64,000 bases of DNA from Bacilli bacterium (GCA_050949315.1 JBMNFL010000001.1:384001-448000), one strand, 5' to 3'; positions 40,845 through 50,951 are shown, counted from the stretch's first letter. Made by a program: numbers and translations. Notes: generated from the letters alone by a model not told the origin.

Positions 40845-41261
40845 TTTCTAAAACTCCACTTACAAAATCATGTCTAAACAGAACATTTTCTTTACATTCA
40901 GTACTCTATAACCGATAACAAGCTCCCATATAATTTTTCGCCAGCAAATTTAACGCATAAATATAAGACTGAAATACAACTGGAAAGAGTAAATGCGTAT
41001 TTTACTCTAGTAAATTCTGTTGCGATTTTTTCTAATTAATTAGCATTATCTCCAGCAGTTATCATTAAATTTTTATCAAATACTTCAATCATTCACTTGA
41101 GTTCATCACCATGCGTTGTTAGTAAAGTAAAAGAAACTTTATTTTCAAAAGGTTTCATATCGTTTTTATTTTTATAAATTTCTTTTTCTTCGTTTCTGAA
41201 CATAAACATAAAACATATTAAACATTTCATTATTTTATTTACATTCAACCGACTAATGAAA

Positions 41262-43169
41262 TTAATTGTAATCCATTGGTTTCTTAAAAGTTGGCACGAG
41301 ATGATGGAGAATTTCTCTAATCTTTTCCTCGGAACCAGAATTTACGCCATCAATAAGTTTTTTTATCTTTTCTTTCAATTCTTCTAATTTTAACGCCTTA
41401 TCTTTTTCAATAAAAATGAGTTTGTTTTCTGTAGCAGTTAGTTCTTCGGTTTTGATAAGCAATTCTTCATACAATTTCTCACCAGGACGTAGACCTGTTT
41501 CAATAATTTCTATATCCTTTCCTAATTCATAACCACTTAGGGAAATCATGTTCTCCGCTAAATCTAAAATTTTGACAGGTTTGCCCATATCCAAAACAAA
41601 TAATTCCCCATCTTGAGCTAATGCCCCAGATTCTAAAACAAGCTGACTTGCTTCAGTAATAGTCATGAAATAGCGTGTAACTCTTTTATCCGTTATTGTA
41701 ATGGGGCCTCCGCTAGCAATTTGCTTTTTAAATAAAGGAATAACCGAACCAGCACTACCTAAAACATTTCCAAAACGTGTGGATGTAAACACCGTTGTTG
41801 ATGGTGTAGCAGCGTAAGCTCCAACTATCATTTCACACATTCTCTTAGTTGCCCCCATAACATTTGTTGGGTTAACGGCCTTGTCAGTAGAAATCATTAT
41901 GAAATGTTCAACACCATATTTATCTGATAATTCAACACAATTTAAAGTCCCAAAAATATTGTTTTCTACTGCTTCAATACAGTTATGTTCCATTAGAGGT
42001 ACATGTTTATGAGCGGCGGCATGTAAAACAATTTGGGGATGATAAGTAATAAATACTCGCTCCAGAGCTGAACGATTACAGATAGAGAGAATCTCGACAC
42101 GGAGATCTAGTTTTTCACCGTATTTTATTTTTAAATTCTGCTGAACATCATAAACACCATTTTCATAAATATCTAAAATAATAAGTTGTTTAGGATTCAT
42201 CCCAGCAATCTGCCGACAAAGTTCACTTCCAATTGAACCGCCTCCACCAGTAATTAGAACCACCTTATCTTTATAATAACTTTTAGCTTTCTCGCTCAAT
42301 ATATTAATTTCTTCCCTAAACAATAACTCATCAATATCAAAATCTCGCAACTGTTTGCGTCCTTGCGAACCATGTTGAATAGTTGGATAATCATAGGTCT
42401 TAATCTTGAAACCAAAAGCTTGGTAATGATAATAAAGTTTTTGTCTTTCCTCTACTCGCAACTGAGGCAAAGCAAAAACAATCTCTTGAATTTCGTAATT
42501 ATTGAGCAACTCTTTGCTAATATTTCTTCCATCCAACACTGGCAACCCCTCAATTGTTCGCCCAATTTTTTCACTACTTATGTCAATAAAACAGCGAGGT
42601 ATATATGACGCGTTAACATTGTTCAAAAGTTCATCAGCCAAACTAACACCAGTTTTTCCAGCACCCACAATGGCAATTCTTATTAAATGCTCACTTTTAA
42701 TTAAATCAACTCTAACCTTATTAAAAGTGAAGATTTTTAATAATAAGCGCATTAATTTGCTCAAACGATTATCACGATTGCAACACTTATAAGTATAGCG
42801 ATAAAACATTCTCATCATTAAAACCATGAGCAAATCAACACAAAAATAAGAAAGCATCGTCATAAAAGAAATTTTTACAATCGGTAAAAATGGTACTACC
42901 AAATAAAACAAAATGAAAGCACAACCATCAGCCACCATTAATTTTATATAACACTGGATGCCACCATAGCGCCAAATCTGACGATAAATTCTGAAAAGAA
43001 ATCGGAAAAAGAAAATAAAAACAAAAGCAGCCAACAAGTGATAAAAATCATCAATCTTATTAAATGATTCTAATAAAAAGAAAAGTGAGGCTATTACTAG
43101 CAAAACTACTAAATCATAAACAACCAAAAGCCACTTAATACTATTTAACTTTTTAGCTCTCTTTTTCAT
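41262..43169 (-). CDS. Membrane-anchored UDP-sugar 4,6-dehydratase (CapD/PglF/WbpM family)
   Basis: N-terminal TMs, TGGGGSIGSELCRQ, HAAAHKHVP, ISTDKAVNP, RFGNVLGS, GLRPGEKLYEEL. Confidence 0.92.
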   Translation of the reverse strand: MKKRAKKLNSIKWLLVVYDLVVLLVIASLFFLLESFNKIDDFYHLLAAFVFIFFFRFLFRIYRQIWRYGGIQCYIKLMVADGCAFILFYLVVPFLPIVKISFMTMLSYFCVDLLMVLMMRMFYRYTYKCCNRDNRLSKLMRLLLKIFTFNKVRVDLIKSEHLIRIAIVGAGKTGVSLADELLNNVNASYIPRCFIDISSEKIGRTIEGLPVLDGRNISKELLNNYEIQEIVFALPQLRVEERQKLYYHYQAFGFKIKTYDYPTIQHGSQGRKQLRDFDIDELLFREEINILSEKAKSYYKDKVVLITGGGGSIGSELCRQIAGMNPKQLIILDIYENGVYDVQQNLKIKYGEKLDLRVEILSICNRSALERVFITYHPQIVLHAAAHKHVPLMEHNCIEAVENNIFGTLNCVELSDKYGVEHFIMISTDKAVNPTNVMGATKRMCEMIVGAYAATPSTTVFTSTRFGNVLGSAGSVIPLFKKQIASGGPITITDKRVTRYFMTITEASQLVLESGALAQDGELFVLDMGKPVKILDLAENMISLSGYELGKDIEIIETGLRPGEKLYEELLIKTEELTATENKLIFIEKDKALKLEELKEKIKKLIDGVNSGSEEKIREILHHLVPTFKKPMDYN

Positions 43170-44523
43170 CCATAACTCTCTTTCTTTCAACAAAACGATT
43201 TTTGGTTTCTATCATTCTGGTTTTAAAAATTTTGTTGCCATCTAAAATTAAATTAACAAGCATAGCTAAAACTAATGATCCCAAGAAAGCAAGTGCACCA
43301 CTTTTGATTAAATTCAAATCAGAAATTGTCTCTAATACACTTGTTTTATCATAATAAACAATGGAATTATCTTTAACAACTTCTTTAGCAATATCCACAA
43401 ATTCTTCGCTTATTAAGACTAAATCGTTGTATCTTTTGTCCAGTTCGGCTGTAAAATCAGCAACTTCTTCCTGATAAGTTGGATCTGTATCAAATTTTAC
43501 TTTGTTGTCAATTTTCTTTTGAATGATTTCAAGTTCATTTTCAAAATCTCTGATTTCTGTAGTATATTTGATTATCTCTTCGTTATACTTTGTCAACTCA
43601 AGTGTATAAAGCGAACCAGCGGAAGCTAATAGATTGTCTCTTTGTAATACTAAATCATCGCGTTTATTGGTACTCAAAGTTTTTTCCTTTATGTAATGCT
43701 CTTTCATAGCCTCTAGTTGTTCCATATAGCCATCATAATCATAAACATAACCTTTGTGCCGCAACTTATTACCTAGAACACTTAATGGATAATTTTTGAA
43801 ATGACTTTCAACCGCTAGTTTAACCATTGAAAGCTTACGTCCATCTTTTAAATAAATATCGTTATAATTGTTGATTAGATTGCCATAATTATCTTCAATC
43901 AAGGCTAATTGTTTTACCAAATACTCAAGTTTATCCTCATAAATATCAGATTTTTCATACAATTTTAAATAACTCATATAATCAGTTTGATCAACTATAT
44001 TATTGATTTTTACATTTGGCTCGTTAGCAATGGCTTGAGCTAAAACCACCGCCTGTTCACGAGTTAAGTATTTACCCTTGAAAACAATTCTATACCCTTC
44101 TCTATCAACTTCATATTCTTTCTTCCCACCCACTGTAGAATCAATGCCAGGAATTTCACGCATTATGGTTTCAAATTTATACGATTCTATGGCGCCTTTA
44201 TCGTAAATTTTTTTCATATCTAAAACTTTTAATTCTTCATACTGGCTTTGATATTCTTCAAGTTTTTCCAATGTAATTGTTTCACGAATATCAAAAATTG
44301 AACCATCTATATACTTACCCTCTTTTAAACAATTCACATTATAATTATGCATTCCTTCATATGTGATTTTGTTTTTACTTTGCAATAAAATAAAAGCACA
44401 GGCGCAAATAAAAGTTACTAAAGTGACAATAATAAATAACCTTATTCGACCAAACAAAACGACCATTACATCAGCAAATGAAATTTGTTGTGACACTTGA
44501 TGTACATTTTCTTGATTATTCAT
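43153..44523 (-). CDS. Wzz-like polysaccharide co-polymerase / chain-length protein
   Basis: N- and C-terminal TM helices around a long coiled coil; first gene of the operon. Confidence 0.6.
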   Translation of the reverse strand: MNNQENVHQVSQQISFADVMVVLFGRIRLFIIVTLVTFICACAFILLQSKNKITYEGMHNYNVNCLKEGKYIDGSIFDIRETITLEKLEEYQSQYEELKVLDMKKIYDKGAIESYKFETIMREIPGIDSTVGGKKEYEVDREGYRIVFKGKYLTREQAVVLAQAIANEPNVKINNIVDQTDYMSYLKLYEKSDIYEDKLEYLVKQLALIEDNYGNLINNYNDIYLKDGRKLSMVKLAVESHFKNYPLSVLGNKLRHKGYVYDYDGYMEQLEAMKEHYIKEKTLSTNKRDDLVLQRDNLLASAGSLYTLELTKYNEEIIKYTTEIRDFENELEIIQKKIDNKVKFDTDPTYQEEVADFTAELDKRYNDLVLISEEFVDIAKEVVKDNSIVYYDKTSVLETISDLNLIKSGALAFLGSLVLAMLVNLILDGNKIFKTRMIETKNRFVERKRVMDEKES

Positions 44524-44701
44524 AAATAATCCCCCAAAATATTTTAAATTTTTTAGCAATTTCCCGATTTTTGCGATGCCTACGGCGAGCGATGGTAACC
44601 ATCGTTAGATAACTATCTCCTCTTAAACAACTGAAAGTGCGCCAGGCTTCAATAGTTGTTGAAGATTCATGCTCGCGAAAAAAGGCGAAAATGCTTTCGT
44701 C
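44524..44701 (-). ncRNA. Candidate structured 5' leader RNA of the polysaccharide operon
   Basis: GC-richer UTR with nested stems (GCGAG/CTCGC, AACAACT/AGTTGTT, AGAT/ATCT, CGATGG/CCATCG) between the promoter and the ATG. Confidence 0.6.
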
Positions 44702-44707
44702 TTTTAA

Positions 44708-44736
44708 ATCATAAATGATTTAGTCCAAATAGTCAA
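44708..44736 (-). promoter_or_regulatory. Sigma-A promoter of the polysaccharide operon
   Basis: Minus strand TTGACT-17 bp-TATGAT. Confidence 0.75.
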
Positions 44737-44833
44737 TTCAAAACTGTATGCTTAACCTTGATACTTTTATGTGGTATAAAATTGTTTTTTATTTTATTTA
44801 TTTGTTACTAAAATTTTAATTAATAGACAATAC

Positions 44834-45382
44834 CTACAAAACTATAAATTTTTGGTGATAAATAGCCTCATAGTGCAATTTATTGTTAATTCTTTCGGAA
44901 CTGAACAATGTTATTCCTTGTACTTTAAAAGATAGATATTCAATTTGATTATTGATAAAATTTAGATGAATTTCTGGTTTTAGGAGAACTTTTCTTCCTA
45001 ATGTTATATGAGGTTTAAATGATCGATAATCTACCCTAAAACTGTTACTTTTTAAAATTTCTGTTAATCTTTTTTGAAGGGTATTTAAGGCATTACTATT
45101 ATCAAGTAAACGATTAAACAAAACACCATCATTGCCACGTTTAAAAAAGCTAATAGTTGAAAGTTTTAAAGTGAAGGGTTCTGTCGTAGCAAACTCCTTC
45201 ATTATCTTTTTAAGTAAGTCCAAGGATGCAATTTCTACTTCCCCTAAGAATGCTAAAGTTAAATGATAATTCTCGGGCCAAGGAAAACGACCATCATTAG
45301 AATGTTTTTTTAGCAATAAAGAATTGTTAGTCAATTCGTTTTTTATTTCTTGAGGCAATGAAATAGCAATGAATAAACGCAT
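44834..45382 (-). CDS. thpR: RNA 2',3'-cyclic phosphodiesterase (2H family, LigT/ThpR)
   Basis: MRLFIAI, HLTLAFLGE and PHITLGR (two HxT motifs). Confidence 0.9.
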   Translation of the reverse strand: MRLFIAISLPQEIKNELTNNSLLLKKHSNDGRFPWPENYHLTLAFLGEVEIASLDLLKKIMKEFATTEPFTLKLSTISFFKRGNDGVLFNRLLDNSNALNTLQKRLTEILKSNSFRVDYRSFKPHITLGRKVLLKPEIHLNFINNQIEYLSFKVQGITLFSSERINNKLHYEAIYHQKFIVL

Positions 45383-45388
45383 AGATTT

Positions 45389-45901
45389 TCACTCTTTTCT
45401 TAGACGCTGAAATGCTAGTCGTTCACTACCATCAGCTAAGTAAATTATACCACAGTAAGTAAAGTCATATTTAGCCAATAGGTGTAACATAATCTTATTA
45501 TCAGCATGCGTATCTATTCGAATATCTTGATCAAATTGACTAACAAAATCTATAACCAATTTAAAAAATGATGGGACTCTATCAGCACTAGCTAAGTGGT
45601 GGATTGTCACATATTTCTCATCATTTAACCACTTACCTTGATAGATATTTTCATAAGTGGGTTCTTTATCAGTAAAAAATGAGAAAGTACCTATAATTGC
45701 ACTACTTTTAATAACTACGTAACTATGACCATTTTCTATATCTTTAAGAAGATCTTCACGTGTTGGATGGGAATTTCCCCACTGTTTAGGATTGCCACTT
45801 AATCGCATTTTTTCGCGGGCTTTTTTAAATATCAACTCTAGAATTTTTAAATCAGATTTAAGGGTTTTTCTAATTGAGATTTCCATATTAAAGTTGCTCA
45901 A
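45389..45901 (-). CDS. GNAT family N-acetyltransferase
   Basis: GNPKQW, EPTY..I..GKW, IRIDTHADN..M, FTYCGII. Confidence 0.8.
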   Translation of the reverse strand: MSNFNMEISIRKTLKSDLKILELIFKKAREKMRLSGNPKQWGNSHPTREDLLKDIENGHSYVVIKSSAIIGTFSFFTDKEPTYENIYQGKWLNDEKYVTIHHLASADRVPSFFKLVIDFVSQFDQDIRIDTHADNKIMLHLLAKYDFTYCGIIYLADGSERLAFQRLRKE

Positions 45902-45909
45902 AAATCTAA

Positions 45910-46578
45910 TTATTTTTTGACTCTATGATTAAAAAAGTGGTCCTCAAGCATCAAACACCAACAGTGATAAATAGGAAGATGTAGCTCTTGAACCATGTAG
46001 GTTTCTTTTTGAGGAGCCTTAACACAGACATCAGCTAATTTTGATAGTTTACTTTCACTCTCTCCTGTTAGTCCAATAACCTTCATACCTTTAGCCTTAG
46101 CGGTAACCGCGGCATATAAAATATTTTTACTATTACCAGAAGTAGATATCCCTAGGAAAACATCATTAGGTTTACCGTACCCATTTACCTGCTGGGCAAA
46201 GCATAACAAAGGTTCCCTATCATTCATAAAGGCGGTGGTTAAGGCAAAATGGCCATCAAGAGCAATAGCTGGTAAAGCTTCTTGTAAATTATCAATTAAC
46301 ATGGGAGCATATTCACTATTAACCTTGTTTAGCTTTGTGGCAAAATCATCTGAAACTTTTCTTTCTAATTTAAAGCCCTTCATTAATTCACTAACAATGT
46401 GTTCCGCATCAGCAGCTGAACCACCATTACCAGCGATTAATAATTTGCCACCTTTTTCATAAGTCTCTTCCATTAATAAATAGGCCGCAATCATTTCTTC
46501 TTTAATAACACTAAGTTGTGGATAACGCTCTAATAAAACATCGATATGTTTTTCAAGATAATTAGCTAATTTTCTCAT
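45910..46578 (-). CDS. gmhA: Phosphoheptose isomerase (SIS domain)
   Basis: GNGGSAADAEH, GISTSGNS, QELHLPIYH. Confidence 0.92.
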   Translation of the reverse strand: MRKLANYLEKHIDVLLERYPQLSVIKEEMIAAYLLMEETYEKGGKLLIAGNGGSAADAEHIVSELMKGFKLERKVSDDFATKLNKVNSEYAPMLIDNLQEALPAIALDGHFALTTAFMNDREPLLCFAQQVNGYGKPNDVFLGISTSGNSKNILYAAVTAKAKGMKVIGLTGESESKLSKLADVCVKAPQKETYMVQELHLPIYHCWCLMLEDHFFNHRVKK

Positions 46579-46606
46579 TTTAATTACCTGCCTTCTCTTA
46601 TTTATT

Positions 46607-47914
46607 TTAAGGTCTTACAAGAACCTTTTCAACAAAATCATTGATATCAGTAATACTTAAATCCTGACCATAGTCATTGTTACCGATTAAAGCCGTTTTA
46701 CAACCAGCTGCCTTACCCGCCTTGATATCAATAAGATCATCGCCTACCATCCAAGAACTTTTTAAATCAATATTAAAATCCTTAGCCGCTTTTAATAAAA
46801 GCCCAGGCTTAGGTTTACGACAATCACAAACAATCTTTAAAGAACTTATCTCACCATCAAAGCCCTTATCGGGATGATGCGGACAAAAATATAGGCCATC
46901 GATATAAGCCCCGGCTTCTCCTAATAAAGTCTCCATCTTATTATGTATCTCTCTAAGTTCTTCATAACTTACTTCACCACGGGCAATAACTGGTTGATTG
47001 GTAATAACAATTGCTAAATAACCAGACTCATTAATTTTCCTAATCCCTTTACTTGATGCTGGCAATAACTCAAAATCTTCAAGCCTTCTTAAAAAACCAA
47101 CATACTTATTTATAGTTCCATCACGATCAAGGAAAATCGCTCTTTGTTTATTTTTCAGATTTCTTGATTGAACCTTCCCTTTAAGATAATCTTCATTAAC
47201 CGCATAATAACGCTTGGGCGTTCCCATATCCTTAACATATTCAGGACTATCGTAACAATACATCAGTCCTGTTCCTGCTAAAGGCTTTAGGAGTTGACGA
47301 TCTAAATCAACCTTTAATATTTTCCCATCAACTTCTTGACCAATAAGTTTCTCATCAATCTTTGCTAAATCAAGAACTTTAGGACTAATAATATGTAACC
47401 CCGCATTCACACGATTTTGATACCATTTGGGGCGACTTCCTTCTTTAGTAAGCCAATCTAAAACTCTTCCCTCTTCATCGGCAATTAAAAGCCCACTATC
47501 ATAGGGATGATTATTAGGATGCGTGAAAAGAGTCACAAGTCCCCCTTTAGTCTTGTGATAGTCAACAAAACGCTTAACATCAATATCAAAGATAACATCA
47601 GCATTTAAGAGTAAGAAATCTTCTTTCAACTGCTCACGTAGTTTAAATAAAGCCCCCGCATTACCTAAAGGCTCTTCTTCAATAAAATAGGCGATTTTCA
47701 CCCCAAAACGGGAACCATCGCCAAAGTAATCCATAATCTTATCGGCCATATAGGAAACAGTAATAATAAAATCATTAAAACTCTGTTTTTTTAAACACTC
47801 AATTTCTAATTCTAAAACTGGACGACCGCCAACTTTTAAAAGGGGTTTAGGGATATCATTTGTTAAAGAACTAATCCTTGTCCCTTTCCCCCCAGCCATA
47901 ATAACTACTTTCAT
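46607..47914 (-). CDS. Fusion of heptose-1-phosphate nucleotidyltransferase (HddC-like) and heptose-1,7-bisphosphate phosphatase (GmhB)
   Basis: MAGGKGTR..PKP and DMGTP; then FLDRDGTIN, TNQP, CPHHP..CDCRKPKPG. Confidence 0.9.
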   Translation of the reverse strand: MKVVIMAGGKGTRISSLTNDIPKPLLKVGGRPVLELEIECLKKQSFNDFIITVSYMADKIMDYFGDGSRFGVKIAYFIEEEPLGNAGALFKLREQLKEDFLLLNADVIFDIDVKRFVDYHKTKGGLVTLFTHPNNHPYDSGLLIADEEGRVLDWLTKEGSRPKWYQNRVNAGLHIISPKVLDLAKIDEKLIGQEVDGKILKVDLDRQLLKPLAGTGLMYCYDSPEYVKDMGTPKRYYAVNEDYLKGKVQSRNLKNKQRAIFLDRDGTINKYVGFLRRLEDFELLPASSKGIRKINESGYLAIVITNQPVIARGEVSYEELREIHNKMETLLGEAGAYIDGLYFCPHHPDKGFDGEISSLKIVCDCRKPKPGLLLKAAKDFNIDLKSSWMVGDDLIDIKAGKAAGCKTALIGNNDYGQDLSITDINDFVEKVLVRP

Positions 47915-48930
47915 TTTTTTAAAACTTCTTTTTCTCTTTCAACATAGGTTTCTGGGGTATAGTGAATAACTTGTGTACCACTGTTTTCAAACTTAAAAGG
48001 TACATACATTAAATCATGTAAAGCTTCCCTAACCGCCTTTTGTTTTTCCTGCGGAACATAGAAGAGTAAGAAGCCACCACCACCAGCACCTAACAACTTC
48101 CCACCAAGGGCCCCAGCTTTTATACCCTTTTCATAACATTCATCTATTTGATTAGTTGAGATGCCAGGACCAATCTTTTTCTTTAATTGCCATGCTTTAT
48201 CTAACAAGTAACCAAAGTTATCAAGATTCTCATTCTTATCAGTTAAGACCTTTTCTGCTTGATCAACTAAAAGATAAATTTCTTTTAGGTACTTAACCTT
48301 ATCTTCAGCGCCCCATTTATTAATTTTATGAACAATGGCTGAAAAATGGGTTAAACCGGTAAAGAACATTAAAAGATTATCATTCAGTCTCTTTTTACGC
48401 TCAGGACTAATTATCACTGGTAAAACCTCATAACCATCTTCATAAAAATTAATGCGGTTAAAGCCCCCATAAGAAACGGCAATCTGATCTTGCCAGCCAC
48501 CCGCTTCATTACAAAGAACACGTTCTAGATAAATGGCCTCATCGGCTAACTTCTTCTTATTAGCATACTTCCCTTTTAAAGCATAGAAAGCATTAAGCAT
48601 ACCAACGGCAAAAGAAGAACTTGTCCCTAAACCTGACCTAGCGGGTAAGTCCGCTTCATAAGTTAAACGAATTTCCCGCATATTAAGCATCTTCATCGCA
48701 TTCCTAATGGCTGGATGCTCAATCTCATCATTATCATTAACATACTCCGTTTTAGAATAAGTAAGATGAGTTTCATAATTAAAGAAACGTGGTAAGTGAC
48801 GAACCGTCACATAACAATATTTATCAAAAGTTGAAGAAAGCACGGCCCCACCGTATTTACGGAAGAAACTTTCTATATCCGTGCCCCCGCCAAAAAAAGA
48901 CATCCTAAATGGGGTTTTAGTAATAATCAT
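47911..48930 (-). CDS. hddA: D-glycero-D-manno-heptose-7-phosphate kinase (GHMP family)
   Basis: TPFRMSFFGGGTD, DLPARSGLGTSS, GWQDQ, GKLLGAGGGGF. Confidence 0.92.
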   Translation of the reverse strand: MIITKTPFRMSFFGGGTDIESFFRKYGGAVLSSTFDKYCYVTVRHLPRFFNYETHLTYSKTEYVNDNDEIEHPAIRNAMKMLNMREIRLTYEADLPARSGLGTSSSFAVGMLNAFYALKGKYANKKKLADEAIYLERVLCNEAGGWQDQIAVSYGGFNRINFYEDGYEVLPVIISPERKKRLNDNLLMFFTGLTHFSAIVHKINKWGAEDKVKYLKEIYLLVDQAEKVLTDKNENLDNFGYLLDKAWQLKKKIGPGISTNQIDECYEKGIKAGALGGKLLGAGGGGFLLFYVPQEKQKAVREALHDLMYVPFKFENSGTQVIHYTPETYVEREKEVLKK

Positions 48931-49141
48931 ATAAACACTCCCTTTCCATCTCTAATTATAGATTAATTAGATAGTGAAAACAAATATTAAAACATGTATC
49001 TATTTCAAGTAGGCCTGTTTTTGTTGCGTTTGACGAAAACATCATCTTTTTATAAAAATAATATTATTTTCCAATAGTCTCAAATATTTTTAAAAAATCC
49101 TTTAAATAAAATGAGACTTTTTTGTACAGTAAAAAAATGCC

Positions 49142-49762
49142 TTAATTTTGTTTTTCTTGTTTATCTTTCTCGCCTTCAACAATACCATCACGTTTAAACA
49201 CCGAAATCGCCGTTCTCAAAATAAGACTAATATCATAGAAAAAACCCCGTTTTTCGACATACTTACCATCGATCTTTGCCTTCACAGGAATTTCTAATTC
49301 ATCTCTTCCACTTATTTGAGCTAAACCTGTTAGACCAGGTTTAACATCATTAGCATGATATTTATCACGCTCATTAACAAGATCATCTTGATTCCATAAC
49401 GCTGGTCTAGGCCCTACAAAAGACATTTGTCCAATAAAAATGTTGAACAGTTGTGGGAGTTCATCAATAGATGTTTTTCGGATTAAGGACCCAACTTTTG
49501 TTATATGCGATGTCGCATTTCCTAATTTGTGGGTTGGGGCATTTGGGTCTGTATCAGTATACATACTACGGAATTTTAAAATATTGAATGTGGTTTTATT
49601 TTTCCCAATTCTTTTTTGCCTAAAAAAGACAGGACCTTTAGAATCACATTTAATAGCGATAGCAACAATAAGCATTGGCAAGGCCAAAATAATTAATGCA
49701 ATTGATGAACAAAGGATGTCAAAAACTCTCTTAAAAAAGTCGTATACTGGTTTCTTTTTCAT
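49142..49762 (-). CDS. Priming sugar-phosphate transferase (small PGT), intact paralog
   Basis: KRVFD, KFRSM, DELPQ, VGPRP; highly similar to 40198-40844. Confidence 0.9.
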   Translation of the reverse strand: MKKKPVYDFFKRVFDILCSSIALIILALPMLIVAIAIKCDSKGPVFFRQKRIGKNKTTFNILKFRSMYTDTDPNAPTHKLGNATSHITKVGSLIRKTSIDELPQLFNIFIGQMSFVGPRPALWNQDDLVNERDKYHANDVKPGLTGLAQISGRDELEIPVKAKIDGKYVEKRGFFYDISLILRTAISVFKRDGIVEGEKDKQEKQN

Positions 49763-49889
49763 TTATTTTTCCCCTTCCCTTTTTTTATTTTATCATATTT
49801 AAAATAAAACCTTATAAAATTTTTAATTTCTTTATAACAATTATGAGAATTAATTCAAGGTCTTTCAACCTCAAAACAAAATCTTATTG

Positions 49890-50263
49890 TGTAGTTTCCA
49901 TAGATCAAATAATTAGCCGAGGTTTTTTGAAAATTCATCTAAAAATGTAAATTGATAAAACCTATCTCTAATTAAAGAGTATATATTTTTTATTAACCGG
50001 TCTTTACTGCCATCAAATCGCTTTAACCAACGATATAATGAACTCTTTTAACATAATAAAAAGATAGGATCTTTCTTATTGGCCAGGACGAAACTGTCCT
50101 CCTTGAGCAGGAGTTTAATTTTGGTCATTATATACCCATATATAATTTCTTTCTTGTGTTAAAATATCCATGGGTGTCTCTTTCTATATTGGTGCAACTT
50201 CATTATAGACGAGATACCTACTTTTTTTATTTATTTCTGTAACATATGTTTTATCACACTACA
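49890..50263 (-). mobile_element. Internally deleted IS481/IS3-like element remnant
   Basis: Ends TGTAGT...ACTACA. Minus-strand reading KSSLYRWLKRFDGSKD (HTH-like) and DRFYQFTFLDEFS (rve first-Asp-like), bounded by stop codons. Confidence 0.6.
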
Positions 50264-50737
50264 GATACTTTAGCGAAAAAAAAGGATGAGGAATCACAAG
50301 TTGTCCAAACTATAAATATTGTTGTTGATGAAGCTCATAATATTTTATATGAGGAAACAGGTCAAACATCATCTCATCGCAATACACTAGACGTTTTTGA
50401 GCAGGTGGTAAAAGAGGGAAGAAAATTTGGATGTTATCTTATGGTTTCAAGTCAAAGACCTAGTGATATTTCTCCTACAATTATTTCGCAACTCCATAAC
50501 TATTTTATTCACAAGTTAGTAAATCCTTCTGATATTCAAAGAATCAGAAAAGCCGTTGCATATTTAGATGAAAATTCTCTAGATTTTTTAACAGTAATGG
50601 CCCCTGGAGAATGTATTATTTCTGGTACTGCAGTTCAAATGCCTAGCTTTGCATATGTGAATCAAGTTGAAAATAAACACAGACCAAAGAGCGAGAACGT
50701 TGTATTATTTGGAGATGGAGGTTTACTAGAAAAATGA
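50264..50737 (+). pseudogene. C-terminal fragment of a HerA/DUF87-type ATPase
   Basis: Walker B IVVDEAH, KEGRKFG, SSQRPS, SQLHNYFIH; no Walker A; the ORF's ATG lies inside the IS end. Confidence 0.8.
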
Positions 50738-50951
50738 GACAATGATGTCCCTTGTTAATATATTCTTCATATATTTTTGGTTTTTTTGTTATTCGTATAA
50801 AAACGGCTCCTCTTCTAAATAGGTGTTTTTATTATGTCTTTCTCTAAGACTTGGAAATTAATTCAATATAAATATGGACAAAGACTTTTGGAAAAGTCTT
50901 TTATAATCTAAATTCGATATCTTGTTTTAAACACACTTCTTCCCTATAAAA

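Noticed and set aside
41036-41203. Short minus-strand frame with an internal TGA (MFRNEEK..ELK*MIEVF..), hinting at genetic code 4
   Set aside because: Only ~55 codons even with read-through, no recognisable family, and real genes in the window end in TGA
44524-44701. Leader as a glmS ribozyme, T-box or known metabolite riboswitch
   Set aside because: No glmS core in the sense orientation, no T-box GGTGGNACC, and no aptamer consensus recognised by eye; an Rfam scan is still needed
50246-50737. 163-aa ORF as a complete small ATPase
   Set aside because: No Walker A motif, and its start codon comes from the adjacent IS-like end
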